Made by a program: the position numbers and the translations under genes. A DNA stretch of 64,000 bases from Candidatus Bathyarchaeota archaeon (GTDB lineage Archaea; Thermoproteota; Bathyarchaeia; Bathyarchaeales; Bathycorpusculaceae): positions 160,001-224,000 of the forward strand of contig CAWHDT010000003.1 in the NCBI GenBank assembly GCA_963828195.1, written 5' to 3'. Position 1 is the stretch's first letter; each line of letters opens with the position of its first letter. Shown here piece after piece: positions 37,343-47,182 of this stretch. The notes under the pieces were generated by a model. It made no database searches, was not told where the DNA came from, and saw only the letters and a list, made by a program, of their open reading frames with translations.

Positions 37343-38155
37343 TCAGGCAAAATTGTATTTTTTACTTACAAACCACATGAAGCCATCAACGGTTGTCAAA
37401 TCACTATGAGTTTCCTGCGCTATGTCGTTAAGGATTTTGTTAACTCTCTTATAACTCTCCCCAAAATCATCGCTTGGGAAAGTCGATCGATGCAACTTCT
37501 TCAACGTATCTACCGTTCGGCTATTCCAAACACCATATTTTTCATTGTTAAATGTATGCAGCAACGCTGTGACTATTCCTTGACCAATCCCTGTAACCTT
37601 TACAGCCCCCTGCAATGCACTACCAACTCTCTTCCCAATTTCGATGTTCTCATTCTGTAAAGTGATAAGTAGTTTAGCTATACTTTGAGGATGCTCAATG
37701 GCATTAGTGGCTGCCCGCTCTAACATAGTCCACGAAAAGTTATTCCTAAAATGAAGCCAACTCTCAAAATTGCGCTGAAGAGCCTTAAGATTGTTCAATC
37801 TTTCAGGAGCAAACTTGTATCTGTATTCAACATATACTTCTTTACGTCTTTTGACCCATAGCTCAACACTCGAAAATGTTCTTCCTGCACTAATTTCTAT
37901 CGGGTTATTCAAATAAACTGGCCAGAGTTTTTCAACATATGCCGATGAAGGCGGCAAATTTTCACGTTTCTCTCCTTCATTAATATCTGGGTCGTCGATG
38001 TAGACTTTTTCTAGAAAGCCGCCGCAACTAGCCTCTGAACAAAACATTTTTCGGTTGTTTGCTTCTGGCGCTACTTCTTGCAAGCATTTAGAGCATCTAT
38101 ACTTTATCATATGCAACACTTCAGCAATTGGCTGGCTTTTATTGAACGTTTGCAA
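37343..38155 (-). CDS. hypothetical protein: N-terminal Zn ribbon plus helical DNA-binding-like domain seen in restriction-associated proteins
   Basis: CSKC...C....CGG; GIGQGIVTALL...KYGVWN...VDGFMWF. Family recalled, not verified. Confidence 0.6.
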   Translation of the reverse strand: MQTFNKSQPIAEVLHMIKYRCSKCLQEVAPEANNRKMFCSEASCGGFLEKVYIDDPDINEGEKRENLPPSSAYVEKLWPVYLNNPIEISAGRTFSSVELWVKRRKEVYVEYRYKFAPERLNNLKALQRNFESWLHFRNNFSWTMLERAATNAIEHPQSIAKLLITLQNENIEIGKRVGSALQGAVKVTGIGQGIVTALLHTFNNEKYGVWNSRTVDTLKKLHRSTFPSDDFGESYKRVNKILNDIAQETHSDLTTVDGFMWFVSKKYNFA

Positions 38156-38209
38156 ATATTGGCTTTGCGGTAATTAGGCGCTTTTGATAGTTGGGATAGC
38201 CAATTTACG

Positions 38210-39514
38210 CTATCTGACTTTTTTTCTTTTCTTTTTCACCGCTAAGGGTATCATTTCTTCTAATTGTGCATTCTCGGACAAGTCACTTTCTTCTTTGTCT
38301 TTTGCTAGTTCTTGCATTGGAAGTGAATCCTGAATAATGCAGTCCATGCCATTTGAGATTCCTGAATACGCATTGTTCAACTGAACTTGCAGGTTCTTTC
38401 TCTCTTTCCAAAGTCTCCCATGAGCTTTTTCTTCCGAATCTTGCAAATCTGACATTTTTTGATAAACTTGATGAAGCTTTTCTAATAACCCTGAGAATTC
38501 TTGGCTTCTTATATAGTCATACAACTTGGCTTCTTTACCTTCCCGGTCCTTCCGACTTTCTGACTGCTTAGAAATCTCAATCATTGATCTTCGTATTTGT
38601 TTTACAACATCTATAACTATACATGGGTGGCAGAGTAAAATTCCTTCTTTCTCTCCAAAAAACCCGTTTTTAATATCTTTCTTGGGTAAGTTATTTGAAA
38701 CAATGATGACATAATCTGTTGCATGAATATCTTTGTATTTCTTCGCTTTTTCTAAGTCTTTACTAGTGACACTTTCTGCCTGTTTGTTATCATAAACTAT
38801 TGGCATCTCAATCGTTTTTGTGGCAGTTCTAATCTGCTGTATAATGTCCCCCATTGATGTGCCTCGCTTCTGACGTTTGAAAAAGTCTTGTTGGAACTCC
38901 TGAGTAAGATTAGCGTATAAGTCAATTTCTCCAGCTTCACCTTTCAACTCTGACTGACTCTGTTGTAACTGCTTCTTAAGGTCTTCAATATCACGTTGAA
39001 AACGTCCCAATTGGATATCCCGCTCTTTAACATCATTTCTTAAACCTGAAATTTCAACGTCGGCTTTGGACTTGCCTTCATCAAAAGCAAGCTTTTTTAA
39101 ACGCGCTTGCTCTTTTATCAAAATCTTAAGTTGTTTTTCTTTTTCTTGAAGAGCTTTTTTTCCTTCAACCTTAAGTTTATTCTCTATAATGGTGAATTGC
39201 TTTTGGTTGTCTTTGTTCATTTTTTCATAATTTCTTTTTAGCTCGCCAATCTGAGTTTTGTATAAGTCCTCCATTTCTCTTCGTAGTGTTTTTTTATTCT
39301 CTTCAAACGTTGCCTTTAGGTCTGCAACTTCTTTCTTGTTACCTTGGTTAGCATTCAGAAGTTTCGTTTCGTAGTCCTCTTTGCACTTTCTGTAATCCTC
39401 ACCGTACGTTTCTGAAACCTTTTTTTTGAGGTCTTCAAGTGCTTGTTTATAGTCAGAGTTGGTTAGAGTAGAGTGGCATAAGGGGCATTTGAATTCTGTT
39501 GATTCAGTAGACAC
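38210..39514 (-). CDS. DUF2130-like coiled-coil protein with PD-(D/E)xK-like C-terminal domain
   Basis: CPLC, long coiled coil, SELKGEAGE...GDIIQ...IVYDNK. Confidence 0.75.
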   Translation of the reverse strand: MSTESTEFKCPLCHSTLTNSDYKQALEDLKKKVSETYGEDYRKCKEDYETKLLNANQGNKKEVADLKATFEENKKTLRREMEDLYKTQIGELKRNYEKMNKDNQKQFTIIENKLKVEGKKALQEKEKQLKILIKEQARLKKLAFDEGKSKADVEISGLRNDVKERDIQLGRFQRDIEDLKKQLQQSQSELKGEAGEIDLYANLTQEFQQDFFKRQKRGTSMGDIIQQIRTATKTIEMPIVYDNKQAESVTSKDLEKAKKYKDIHATDYVIIVSNNLPKKDIKNGFFGEKEGILLCHPCIVIDVVKQIRRSMIEISKQSESRKDREGKEAKLYDYIRSQEFSGLLEKLHQVYQKMSDLQDSEEKAHGRLWKERKNLQVQLNNAYSGISNGMDCIIQDSLPMQELAKDKEESDLSENAQLEEMIPLAVKKKRKKVR

Positions 39515-39769
39515 GATAAATTCCCTTTACGAAATGGAGTTGTTTTATTTGGCAAATAAGCTTTGTGAATTCAGGAGATAGTCAAAAAAAGCTTGAAACA
39601 ATGGCTGAATAGCAGTTTTAAAGGCAAAGAAGAGAATAAACTAAGGCAAAAGTGACGTTGCCATATCAGCGAATACCCTTGAATAAGTCTATGTTCTGTC
39701 TTGTTGGTTCGTGTTGTTTATATATTGGAATATTGACTATGGATGTGCAAAAGAAGGAATATCTTAGAT

Positions 39770-40210
39770 ATGGGTTCCAAGTCACCAAGAGGCGAATTTG
39801 CCGCAAGGCAACTAGCGAAGAAACGGAAGAATTTCCGTTGGTCTGATCGTTACTTTAACAGACGTATGCTTAGACTAGATGAGAAAGTTGACCCGATGCA
39901 GGGTGCACCCCAATCGCGGGGTATCGTGCTGGAAAAAGTCGGGGTTGAATCAAAACAGCCCAACAGCGCCATCCGCAAATGCGTCCGCACACAACTCATC
40001 AAAAACGGCAGAGTCATCACCGCTTTCCTCCCCGGAGACGGCGCACTCAACGTTGTTGACGAACACGACGAAGTAGTTGTGGAGGGCATCGGCGGCACCA
40101 GAGGCGGCGCAATGGGAGACATCCCCGGAGTCCGCTGGAAAGTCGTCATGATTAACGGCGTCTCACTAAACGAGCTCGTTTACGGGCGCAAACAGAAACC
40201 GGCAAGGTAA
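39770..40210 (+). CDS. rps12: 30S ribosomal protein S12 (uS12)
   Basis: [40 protein letters not shown]. Confidence 0.99.
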   Translation: MGSKSPRGEFAARQLAKKRKNFRWSDRYFNRRMLRLDEKVDPMQGAPQSRGIVLEKVGVESKQPNSAIRKCVRTQLIKNGRVITAFLPGDGALNVVDEHDEVVVEGIGGTRGGAMGDIPGVRWKVVMINGVSLNELVYGRKQKPAR

Positions 40211-40215
40211 TAGTT

Positions 40216-40806
40216 ATGAGCACAACAACATTAGCCCAACCGCAAGACATCAAACTTTTCCAAAAATGGACCTTCAAAGACATAGCAGTCGTAGACATCG
40301 GCTTGCAGCGCTACCTCAACTTAACCCCGATGGTTGCACCCCACAGCATGGGACGCCATGAGCACCAGCGATTCCGAAAAGCCAAACTCAACGTTGTGGA
40401 ACGCTTAATCAACAGTTTAATGCGCAGCGGCAAAAACGCAGGCAAAAAAGCCAAAACAACCAACATCGTTAAGGAAGCATTCGAAATAATCTATTTACGC
40501 ACGGGCAAAAACCCAATAGAAATTTTGGTTAAAGCAGTCGAAAACGCTTCACCATGCGAAGACACCACAAGGGTCAGCTACGGCGGAGTCGTATACCACC
40601 TATCCGTTAACGTAGCGCCGCAACGCAGAATCGACCTGGCAATACGCCACATCAGCGAAGGCGCAAGAGCCTCAAGCAAAAACAACCCGCGGAGCATACA
40701 AGAAACCCTCGCAGACGAACTGGTATTGGCAGCGGCAAAAGACATCAAAAGCGCAGGCATCGCCAAACGCAACGAAATCGAACGCGTCGCACAGTCAAGC
40801 AGATAA
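40216..40806 (+). CDS. rps7: 30S ribosomal protein S7 (uS7)
   Basis: LFQKW, VERLIN, NPIEILVKAVEN, RNEIERVAQSSR. Confidence 0.99.
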   Translation: MSTTTLAQPQDIKLFQKWTFKDIAVVDIGLQRYLNLTPMVAPHSMGRHEHQRFRKAKLNVVERLINSLMRSGKNAGKKAKTTNIVKEAFEIIYLRTGKNPIEILVKAVENASPCEDTTRVSYGGVVYHLSVNVAPQRRIDLAIRHISEGARASSKNNPRSIQETLADELVLAAAKDIKSAGIAKRNEIERVAQSSR

Positions 40807-41085
40807 AACATCTTTTTCCATTATCTGGAAATTTCCGCGGGGAATTTTTTGAACCGCAATGAATCTTAAAGTAGCGGAAGCTGGGATTAAGCAGAGGTAT
40901 GCCTAACCTGTGCAGTAAGCAATCTTCTTTCAAAGAGAATCACCCTAAAAACGCCAATTACCCTTAAAAAAGCGCTCAAACCATTTTCAGCAGATTTCTG
41001 CAATTGAAAAGGCTCGTATTTGGGGGGAAATTTGAAAAAACTTTAATAACTATTTAAGACAAGAACTCTTTCTCACAGAGCATTA

Positions 41086-42090
41086 ATGTTCGGAAGGGAT
41101 AAAGTTACTTTGAAAAAGATCATAACAGCCGTAATTATTGTGGCTTTAGTCTTAGCTGCATTTACCGTTTTATCGACAACGCCAGTGAAGGCGCAAGCGT
41201 CAGAAGCCCAAGTTCTGAGCTACACTTGGTACGTGGCTCCGGCAGACACCTCCTTGGCAGAGTACGCTGGTGATTTGGTCGCCGTTGGCGAAATACAGAA
41301 CGTCGGCTCAGGCGTCCTCGCTCAAGTGGACGTCTCAGGCACGGCTTATAACGGAACAGGTTCCAACGCCACGGTTTTGAATCAAAACAGTAATTCAGTT
41401 TTCGGAAATAATCTGCTCCCTGGCCAGAAGGCTCCTTTCTACATAGATTTCCCGCCTGAAGATAGCGTTACTCAAGATCAAACCTACATTCCTTTAGTAA
41501 GTAACGTTTCCGTTGTAGTATCATACGTCGAAGACTCCAACTCAACTCCATACACGGACTTAACAACTACAGGCGTCACTTCTTTTCTGGATAACACTGG
41601 AACCTTCAATGTTCAAGGAACCATACAGAACACAGGCACCCAAACAGTTCAACAAATAGTGGCTGTTACAACGTTTTATAATGCTACAGGGCAAGTTGTA
41701 TCTTTAAACTTCACAAATTACTTAACAGATGCATCTGGCAGTAGTTCGCTCACCCCAGACGACTCTATGCAGTTTACAGCAACACCTACAGACAATTCAG
41801 CTGCCCTATCAAGTGAAATAGCAAATTACTCAGTACTAGTCGAGTCCTCACTGCCCGTATCAACTACTCCCACATCTACCCCGACAACCACGGCGACGCC
41901 TTCATCCTCAAGCACCACCACACCCACTCAAACTCCAACCCAAATATCTCCAGCCGTAACCTATGGCATAATAGCCATAGTTGTGGTAGTTGTAGTTGCA
42001 CTCGTAGCTTTGCTGTTCCTCAGAAAGCGCGGCACACACGCAGAGGCTGAACCTCCGCCACCGCCGCCCCCACCGCCGCCTCCAACCTAA
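41086..42090 (+). CDS. FxLYD-like domain surface protein with C-terminal TM and polyproline tail
   Basis: Signal peptide, two GEIQN.G/GTIQNTG Ig-like domains, TM helix, run of 12 prolines. Confidence 0.8.
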   Translation: MFGRDKVTLKKIITAVIIVALVLAAFTVLSTTPVKAQASEAQVLSYTWYVAPADTSLAEYAGDLVAVGEIQNVGSGVLAQVDVSGTAYNGTGSNATVLNQNSNSVFGNNLLPGQKAPFYIDFPPEDSVTQDQTYIPLVSNVSVVVSYVEDSNSTPYTDLTTTGVTSFLDNTGTFNVQGTIQNTGTQTVQQIVAVTTFYNATGQVVSLNFTNYLTDASGSSSLTPDDSMQFTATPTDNSAALSSEIANYSVLVESSLPVSTTPTSTPTTTATPSSSSTTTPTQTPTQISPAVTYGIIAIVVVVVVALVALLFLRKRGTHAEAEPPPPPPPPPPPT

Positions 42091-42131
42091 TTTTTTCTTT
42101 CAGTTAAAATGCGCCTGATATTTTTTTGACG

Positions 42132-43316
42132 CTACATTCTTGTGTGAATCTCAACTATATCTCCATCTTCCAATAGGAAGCCTAAACCGACCTTTTTGGG
42201 GCTAAAGGGCAAACGCTTCGCCCATACCATCGCAAACATAAAGTTTTCCAACATTTCCTTATGAATATTCTTCGTCAAATCATTGATTGTTGCTCCATGT
42301 TTTAGGACAAACGGGTGGCCAGTATCCTCTTTTGAGCCAGGCTCTTTGGTGTAGACGCGAATAACCTTTAGGCTTTCCAAAAGTGTTCGCCCCAATTCGT
42401 TAATGCCGGTTTTTTGTTCACATGACATCGCAACTATAGGCAGCCGCCCATTCACATACTGTTTTAAAAGCTTAAGATTCGCCTCTGCACCCTTCAAATC
42501 CAGCTTATTCGCCACAACCACCGCCGGCTTATACGTCGTGGTTTCGAAAATTGCGTCCTCCACGTCATCAAGCCGCACTTCACCGCTGATTCGCACGATA
42601 GCATCATGTATCTTGTAGCTGCGCAGCAAATCCTCAACATCCTGCATGCTGCAGTCCAGAAGCTTCCCTACAAGAATAACCCTCAACGCGGCGCCAGCAT
42701 GACGGCGGTCAATATCGACTTTGCCGCTGGGTTTACTTACAAGTACACGGCTTTTCTCCAACTCAGCCAAAACCAGCTCCAGCTGCTCAATGGGGTCACG
42801 GGACAAATCAACCATCAAAATCACGCCGTCTGCATTCCGCGCTAAACCAAGCGTGACATGACCGGCTGCACGCCCATCCGCACTGCCTTTCATCACCGCC
42901 GGCGCCTCAACAATCTGAAACTGCACATCTGAATAACTCATTATGCCCGGCACTGGCTCATGAGTGCTGAAGGGCGTGGGCGTGACCACCACTTTGGAAT
43001 GTGTGGTGGCGCTCATAAGGCAGCTTTTGCCCACGTTGGTCATGCCGATCAAAGCGATCTGTGCTGAACCTTCTTTCTCAACAAAAAGCTTCGGTCCGCC
43101 GCTGCTTTTCCCCGTGCCCATGCGTTTCTTCTTGTCCAAATCCGCGCGGATAAGAGAAATTTTCCTGTTCATTTCGCCGCGGAGCTTCATGGTGCCTTTG
43201 TGGTGAGGAACATACTTTAGGAACTCAATCATGGCATCCATTTTTTCTCTAGGCGTATGAGCAGCTTCAACTAGCTCCCATTTATCCATCGCTTCAGGCG
43301 GCAAATTAGTCGGCAT
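42132..43316 (-). CDS. DRG/OBG-family GTPase with TGS domain
   Basis: MPTNLPPEA, GMTNVGKS, NKLD, IRVYTK, DGDIVEIH. Confidence 0.95.
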   Translation of the reverse strand: MPTNLPPEAMDKWELVEAAHTPREKMDAMIEFLKYVPHHKGTMKLRGEMNRKISLIRADLDKKKRMGTGKSSGGPKLFVEKEGSAQIALIGMTNVGKSCLMSATTHSKVVVTPTPFSTHEPVPGIMSYSDVQFQIVEAPAVMKGSADGRAAGHVTLGLARNADGVILMVDLSRDPIEQLELVLAELEKSRVLVSKPSGKVDIDRRHAGAALRVILVGKLLDCSMQDVEDLLRSYKIHDAIVRISGEVRLDDVEDAIFETTTYKPAVVVANKLDLKGAEANLKLLKQYVNGRLPIVAMSCEQKTGINELGRTLLESLKVIRVYTKEPGSKEDTGHPFVLKHGATINDLTKNIHKEMLENFMFAMVWAKRLPFSPKKVGLGFLLEDGDIVEIHTRM

Positions 43317-43496
43317 TTAAACTTCGCAAATACTATCGGCAAGACACGTTTAAGACTATTTCTAATTTAAAGACGCAAATTAACCTGAAAAGCAGCAAAA
43401 TCGCTTTGGAAAAACAGTCTGTTTTAATAGGTTTGTAATGCTTAACGTTCTAGTGAACGCTAAGTGTTTTTAGTTCAGCAAAACTAAGGAAATTTT

Positions 43497-44768
43497 ATGC
43501 CCAGGCTTCATCTAAACCGAGACTTCATAATTGTTATCTTGAGCGTTTTGGTACAGGTGCCGTTAGCCGTTTTTCTGGGGCATTACTATGACGAAAGATC
43601 CTTCATAGATACAGGTTACCTGGTGAGCTCCGGGTTAAACCCTTATACACCGCATTTAATCACGGTTTTCTCCAGCCCATCTCTGCAGGGAACTAACCCC
43701 ATAATAGGGTACCCGCCCCTGTGGCCGCTGCTTTTAGGCCTGATCTATCGATTAACATACAATATTGTGCCCAACATCTTTCTCTACAATTTCGCCATCA
43801 AAATTCCAGTCATTATTAGCAACATAGGCTTAGCGCACTTAACCAGATCTATTCTGAGAAAAACGGGAGCTTCCCCGAAAAAAACCCGGTTTGCTTGGCT
43901 TTTTCTTTTGTTTAACCCCTTTACGTTGCTGACCACTACCGCTTGGGGAGAATTTGACACATTAATCGCGTTGCTATGTGTTGCATCAATTTATTTTTTA
44001 AGCAAATGCATGGTTGGGAAATCCTCACTGCTTCTCTCGCTCAGTCTAGTCCTAAAACCCGTAGCGTTTCCCCTAATCGGTTTGCCTTTTCTCTGCCTTC
44101 CATCCCAAAAACTAAAGAAATTCACGATGTACATTGCCATCGCCGTCGGGGTTTTGTTGGCGTTGTGGTTTTTGCCTTTTTACCTGCTTGGCTGGATGAC
44201 TCCCTCATCTGGCTTTCAGGTTACCTCATACTTCAGAATGGCAGGCGGCATGACCGTCTTCAACATCGTGGAGCTCCTGAAGGACCAAACTACGTTTCCT
44301 GCGGGTTTACAGTTTTTAGGTTACCTATGGATCCCAGCTTTGTTAATCGCATATTATTTTGTTTACCGCAACCCGCCAAAGTCCCTTCTTGCAATCACCC
44401 AAGTATCGGTGGGGTTGCTTCTTGTTTTTTTCTTAACTCGCTCTTGGCTCTCAGAACCAAACATCAACGTTGTTCTTCCACTGGCGATCATAGCCGTCTC
44501 GCTCAAAGAAATGAAGTTCCGCAACTTCCATTTTCTCTGGGTAATCCCCCTCGTTTTTATGTTTCTCTCAACCAATTTTTTCCAACTATTTTTCCTCATT
44601 TCACCCCAATCGCTTGTTTCAACAGGTCTCCAAATCGAACACAGCGTAAGGACATGGAGACTTCTCGCAAGATTGTTAATCATGGTTGTTTGGCAGGTTT
44701 TCGCGTGGATACTAGTTGTTGAAATGTTCAACCGAAAGAAAAACTCGGACGAGAACCCAAAATCGTAG
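43497..44768 (+). CDS. GT-C-fold membrane glycosyltransferase (GT87/PIG-M-like)
   Basis: HYYD, GLNPY, YPPLWP, FNP...WGEFD; ~11 TM helices. Confidence 0.8.
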   Translation: MPRLHLNRDFIIVILSVLVQVPLAVFLGHYYDERSFIDTGYLVSSGLNPYTPHLITVFSSPSLQGTNPIIGYPPLWPLLLGLIYRLTYNIVPNIFLYNFAIKIPVIISNIGLAHLTRSILRKTGASPKKTRFAWLFLLFNPFTLLTTTAWGEFDTLIALLCVASIYFLSKCMVGKSSLLLSLSLVLKPVAFPLIGLPFLCLPSQKLKKFTMYIAIAVGVLLALWFLPFYLLGWMTPSSGFQVTSYFRMAGGMTVFNIVELLKDQTTFPAGLQFLGYLWIPALLIAYYFVYRNPPKSLLAITQVSVGLLLVFFLTRSWLSEPNINVVLPLAIIAVSLKEMKFRNFHFLWVIPLVFMFLSTNFFQLFFLISPQSLVSTGLQIEHSVRTWRLLARLLIMVVWQVFAWILVVEMFNRKKNSDENPKS

Positions 44769-44774
44769 CCCAAA

Positions 44775-45947
44775 CTATTTTTGGATTACCTCAAACGTTT
44801 TGGGTTTTTTGATGAGCGCAAATATCGGTGTTGTGCATTCAAGCAAGCCTATTACAATTGCCGACACTAAAGCTAAGAAATGGAAGCTTATCCTCTTTTT
44901 TAGAGAAAGATACTTGCCGTTTAAAAAAGCGCCGATTTGATAAGAAAAAAGCCACATGAGACTCGTCAGGGAAAAGAAAACCCTTAGCGGAAACGGCATG
45001 TATTGGGGAGTGAAGAAGGCGACAATAGAGATTATTCCCGAGATTAACCCCGAAGTCCAAATTAAAGCTCTGAGGCTTTGTCTGATTTTCTCTTTGGTGC
45101 AGAAATATTTGAAATTCTGAATTAAACCGTAGAACCATCTTCTGCGCTGTTTAAACAAATCTTTGACGGTTAAAGGGCTTTTTTCCTCAACAACTCCGCC
45201 GTGCCAACCAAAAGCTTCGGAGCCATATTTGATCTTGGCATTGATTGCGAACAGCGTGTCTTCAGCAAAAGTTATTCCGTTTGCCCAGCTGACTTCCTCT
45301 TCAATATCGCTTCTCACCAGAAGGTTTGACCCGTGGATGTAAGCTGGGTTGCCGCTGTGCATAAACTCGAGGCATTCAAAGCAGCAGAACGGTCTAAGAG
45401 TATCCATTAGATTTGAAATTTTAAGGTCTTCTTTTTCGCGGACCGGATAAACAATTAAGCCTTCACTTATCGGCTTAGGGTTGTCCCCCTCCAAATATGA
45501 AAGAATGCTGCATAGGGTTTGTTTTGTAATTAAACTTTCATCGTCAAGATGAAAAACGTAAACATCCTTGCTAGCCAGTTTTTCTTCTCTGCGGACTTCA
45601 ACAGCGTACTGAAGTGCTCGGCCTTTATTGATTGCGTTGCAGGAAAAGTCTTGGGGGACAACTATTGTTCTGCACCCGTCAAATTTTTCTTGCGCGTCAG
45701 TGACGGCCCAAACACTGTATTTTGTGTAGCCGATTTCTTTGCAGACAGCGTTTATTCGGTTAATGGTTTCTTGCACCACTCCGATGTTGCCTTTAGTGGT
45801 CACTTGGAAGATTATTTTTGGGGTCCCGAATCTTTCTTTCTCTGGCTTTGCAATCAGTTTTGAGCGATGCGCAAATATGTAAAAGTAAAATCTTACGAAT
45901 AAAAACGAGGTTAGAATCCATATTACCCACAGGTAATCCCAAAACAC
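44775..45947 (-). CDS. GT2 membrane glycosyltransferase (egghead-like)
   Basis: KGRALQY, HLDDES, HGS, AED and QRRRW motifs; C-terminal TM helices. Confidence 0.9.
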   Translation of the reverse strand: MFWDYLWVIWILTSFLFVRFYFYIFAHRSKLIAKPEKERFGTPKIIFQVTTKGNIGVVQETINRINAVCKEIGYTKYSVWAVTDAQEKFDGCRTIVVPQDFSCNAINKGRALQYAVEVRREEKLASKDVYVFHLDDESLITKQTLCSILSYLEGDNPKPISEGLIVYPVREKEDLKISNLMDTLRPFCCFECLEFMHSGNPAYIHGSNLLVRSDIEEEVSWANGITFAEDTLFAINAKIKYGSEAFGWHGGVVEEKSPLTVKDLFKQRRRWFYGLIQNFKYFCTKEKIRQSLRALIWTSGLISGIISIVAFFTPQYMPFPLRVFFSLTSLMWLFSYQIGAFLNGKYLSLKKRISFHFLALVSAIVIGLLECTTPIFALIKKPKTFEVIQK

Positions 45948-46092
45948 AAACTTTAACTCCGTCTATCCCTAATATTTTATTTGAGTCTAAGAAACAGTCT
46001 TATTTTGACGAGAAGATGTTAACATAATAGTTAAGGCACCATATCTATTAAATATTAAGTAATTTAAGAGCCTAAAAAACGATTCAAATTGA

Positions 46093-47034
46093 TTGCACAA
46101 ATTTTTATTTCAAATAAATATTGAAGGAACAAACATGTATGCAGGAACATGCATCCCACAGTTGCATCAGATTAATCTTCAAAAGCAGATTACTGTCCCG
46201 CTTGCCAAGGGTTTATCAGTTCGACTCTACGAGGACACGCGTCCCCACTGCATGGAAACGGCAGCTCTCCAAAAAGGCCTCATACTTATGCTCGACAACC
46301 AAGAGTTAGTGGACGAGGGGCTCGGCTTCGGGGTCCCGGTCGCCAAATACAGCGATAAAACCTACTTTTCCAGTTCAGCGGAAGTATCAATTCAAGAAAC
46401 CTCCGTTGCAGTCAGCTTAAAAAAAACTTATATTTTAGACACAATCTCAAAAAAGAAGCTCGGGAAAACCTCATACATCGATGATGGGGTTTACTCGTCT
46501 ATGCGAAAAAGCTTCGAAAAACTGTATTTGACCCGAAAAAAACTGTCGCCTATCTTTAACCGCGTTATGGAGCTGCGTGAATTAGCAAAAATTAAAACTG
46601 AATTCATCAAAGTTAAACCCAGAGGCGTCGTAACTGTAGATTACGAAGTTCAACCCTCCTCCATCAACGTGAACTTTGACTTTTCAGGTTTAACGTTGGC
46701 TGGCTGCGAAGAAGTTTTGGTTTTAAATGAGCAAGGCTCAACCACATTTGAAAAATATGCGGACACAAGCGGCTCAAATCTGTCCAGAAGAGCAATTGGA
46801 GCATGGGATGCCGTGGCAGCACAGAGGGCGGCAATGATGAATGCTGAGGAGCAGTTTTCGTTCGTTCTAAAGAGAATCCGCGGAGCCAAGCTGTTTAGAG
46901 GGTGGGAAAGAACAAGGAACCGCTTTTCGTGGGCAGGATTAAGTTATTCCATGCAGCCTAATCACGGAACTTTTGCTTATGCAATCAGATTAGATTCCAA
47001 AAAACATTTTGACGATTGTTCAGTGGAAAGTTAA
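46093..47034 (+). CDS. hypothetical protein
   Basis: 313-aa ORF (EGLGFGVPVAKY...RFSWAGLSY); no family recognised. Confidence 0.7.
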   Translation: MHKFLFQINIEGTNMYAGTCIPQLHQINLQKQITVPLAKGLSVRLYEDTRPHCMETAALQKGLILMLDNQELVDEGLGFGVPVAKYSDKTYFSSSAEVSIQETSVAVSLKKTYILDTISKKKLGKTSYIDDGVYSSMRKSFEKLYLTRKKLSPIFNRVMELRELAKIKTEFIKVKPRGVVTVDYEVQPSSINVNFDFSGLTLAGCEEVLVLNEQGSTTFEKYADTSGSNLSRRAIGAWDAVAAQRAAMMNAEEQFSFVLKRIRGAKLFRGWERTRNRFSWAGLSYSMQPNHGTFAYAIRLDSKKHFDDCSVES

Positions 47035-47182
47035 TTGTTCATATTAAACAGCGCCAGAATTAAAGGGGAAAAACCAAAAATGTTCAGTGATCGTCTGAAT
47101 TGCTGTAAATGTGAAAAATTGTCAGGCTTCGAAAAAATTTTATCTTGTATTTATTGACACATAAGATATTGGAAAGTTTTTT

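Noticed and set aside
42051-42087. C-rich/G-rich tract (possible G-quadruplex)
   Set aside because: Explained by polyproline codons at the protein C-terminus.
43976-44722. 248-aa alternative-frame ORF
   Set aside because: Lies wholly inside the GT-C gene on the same strand with no protein-like features.
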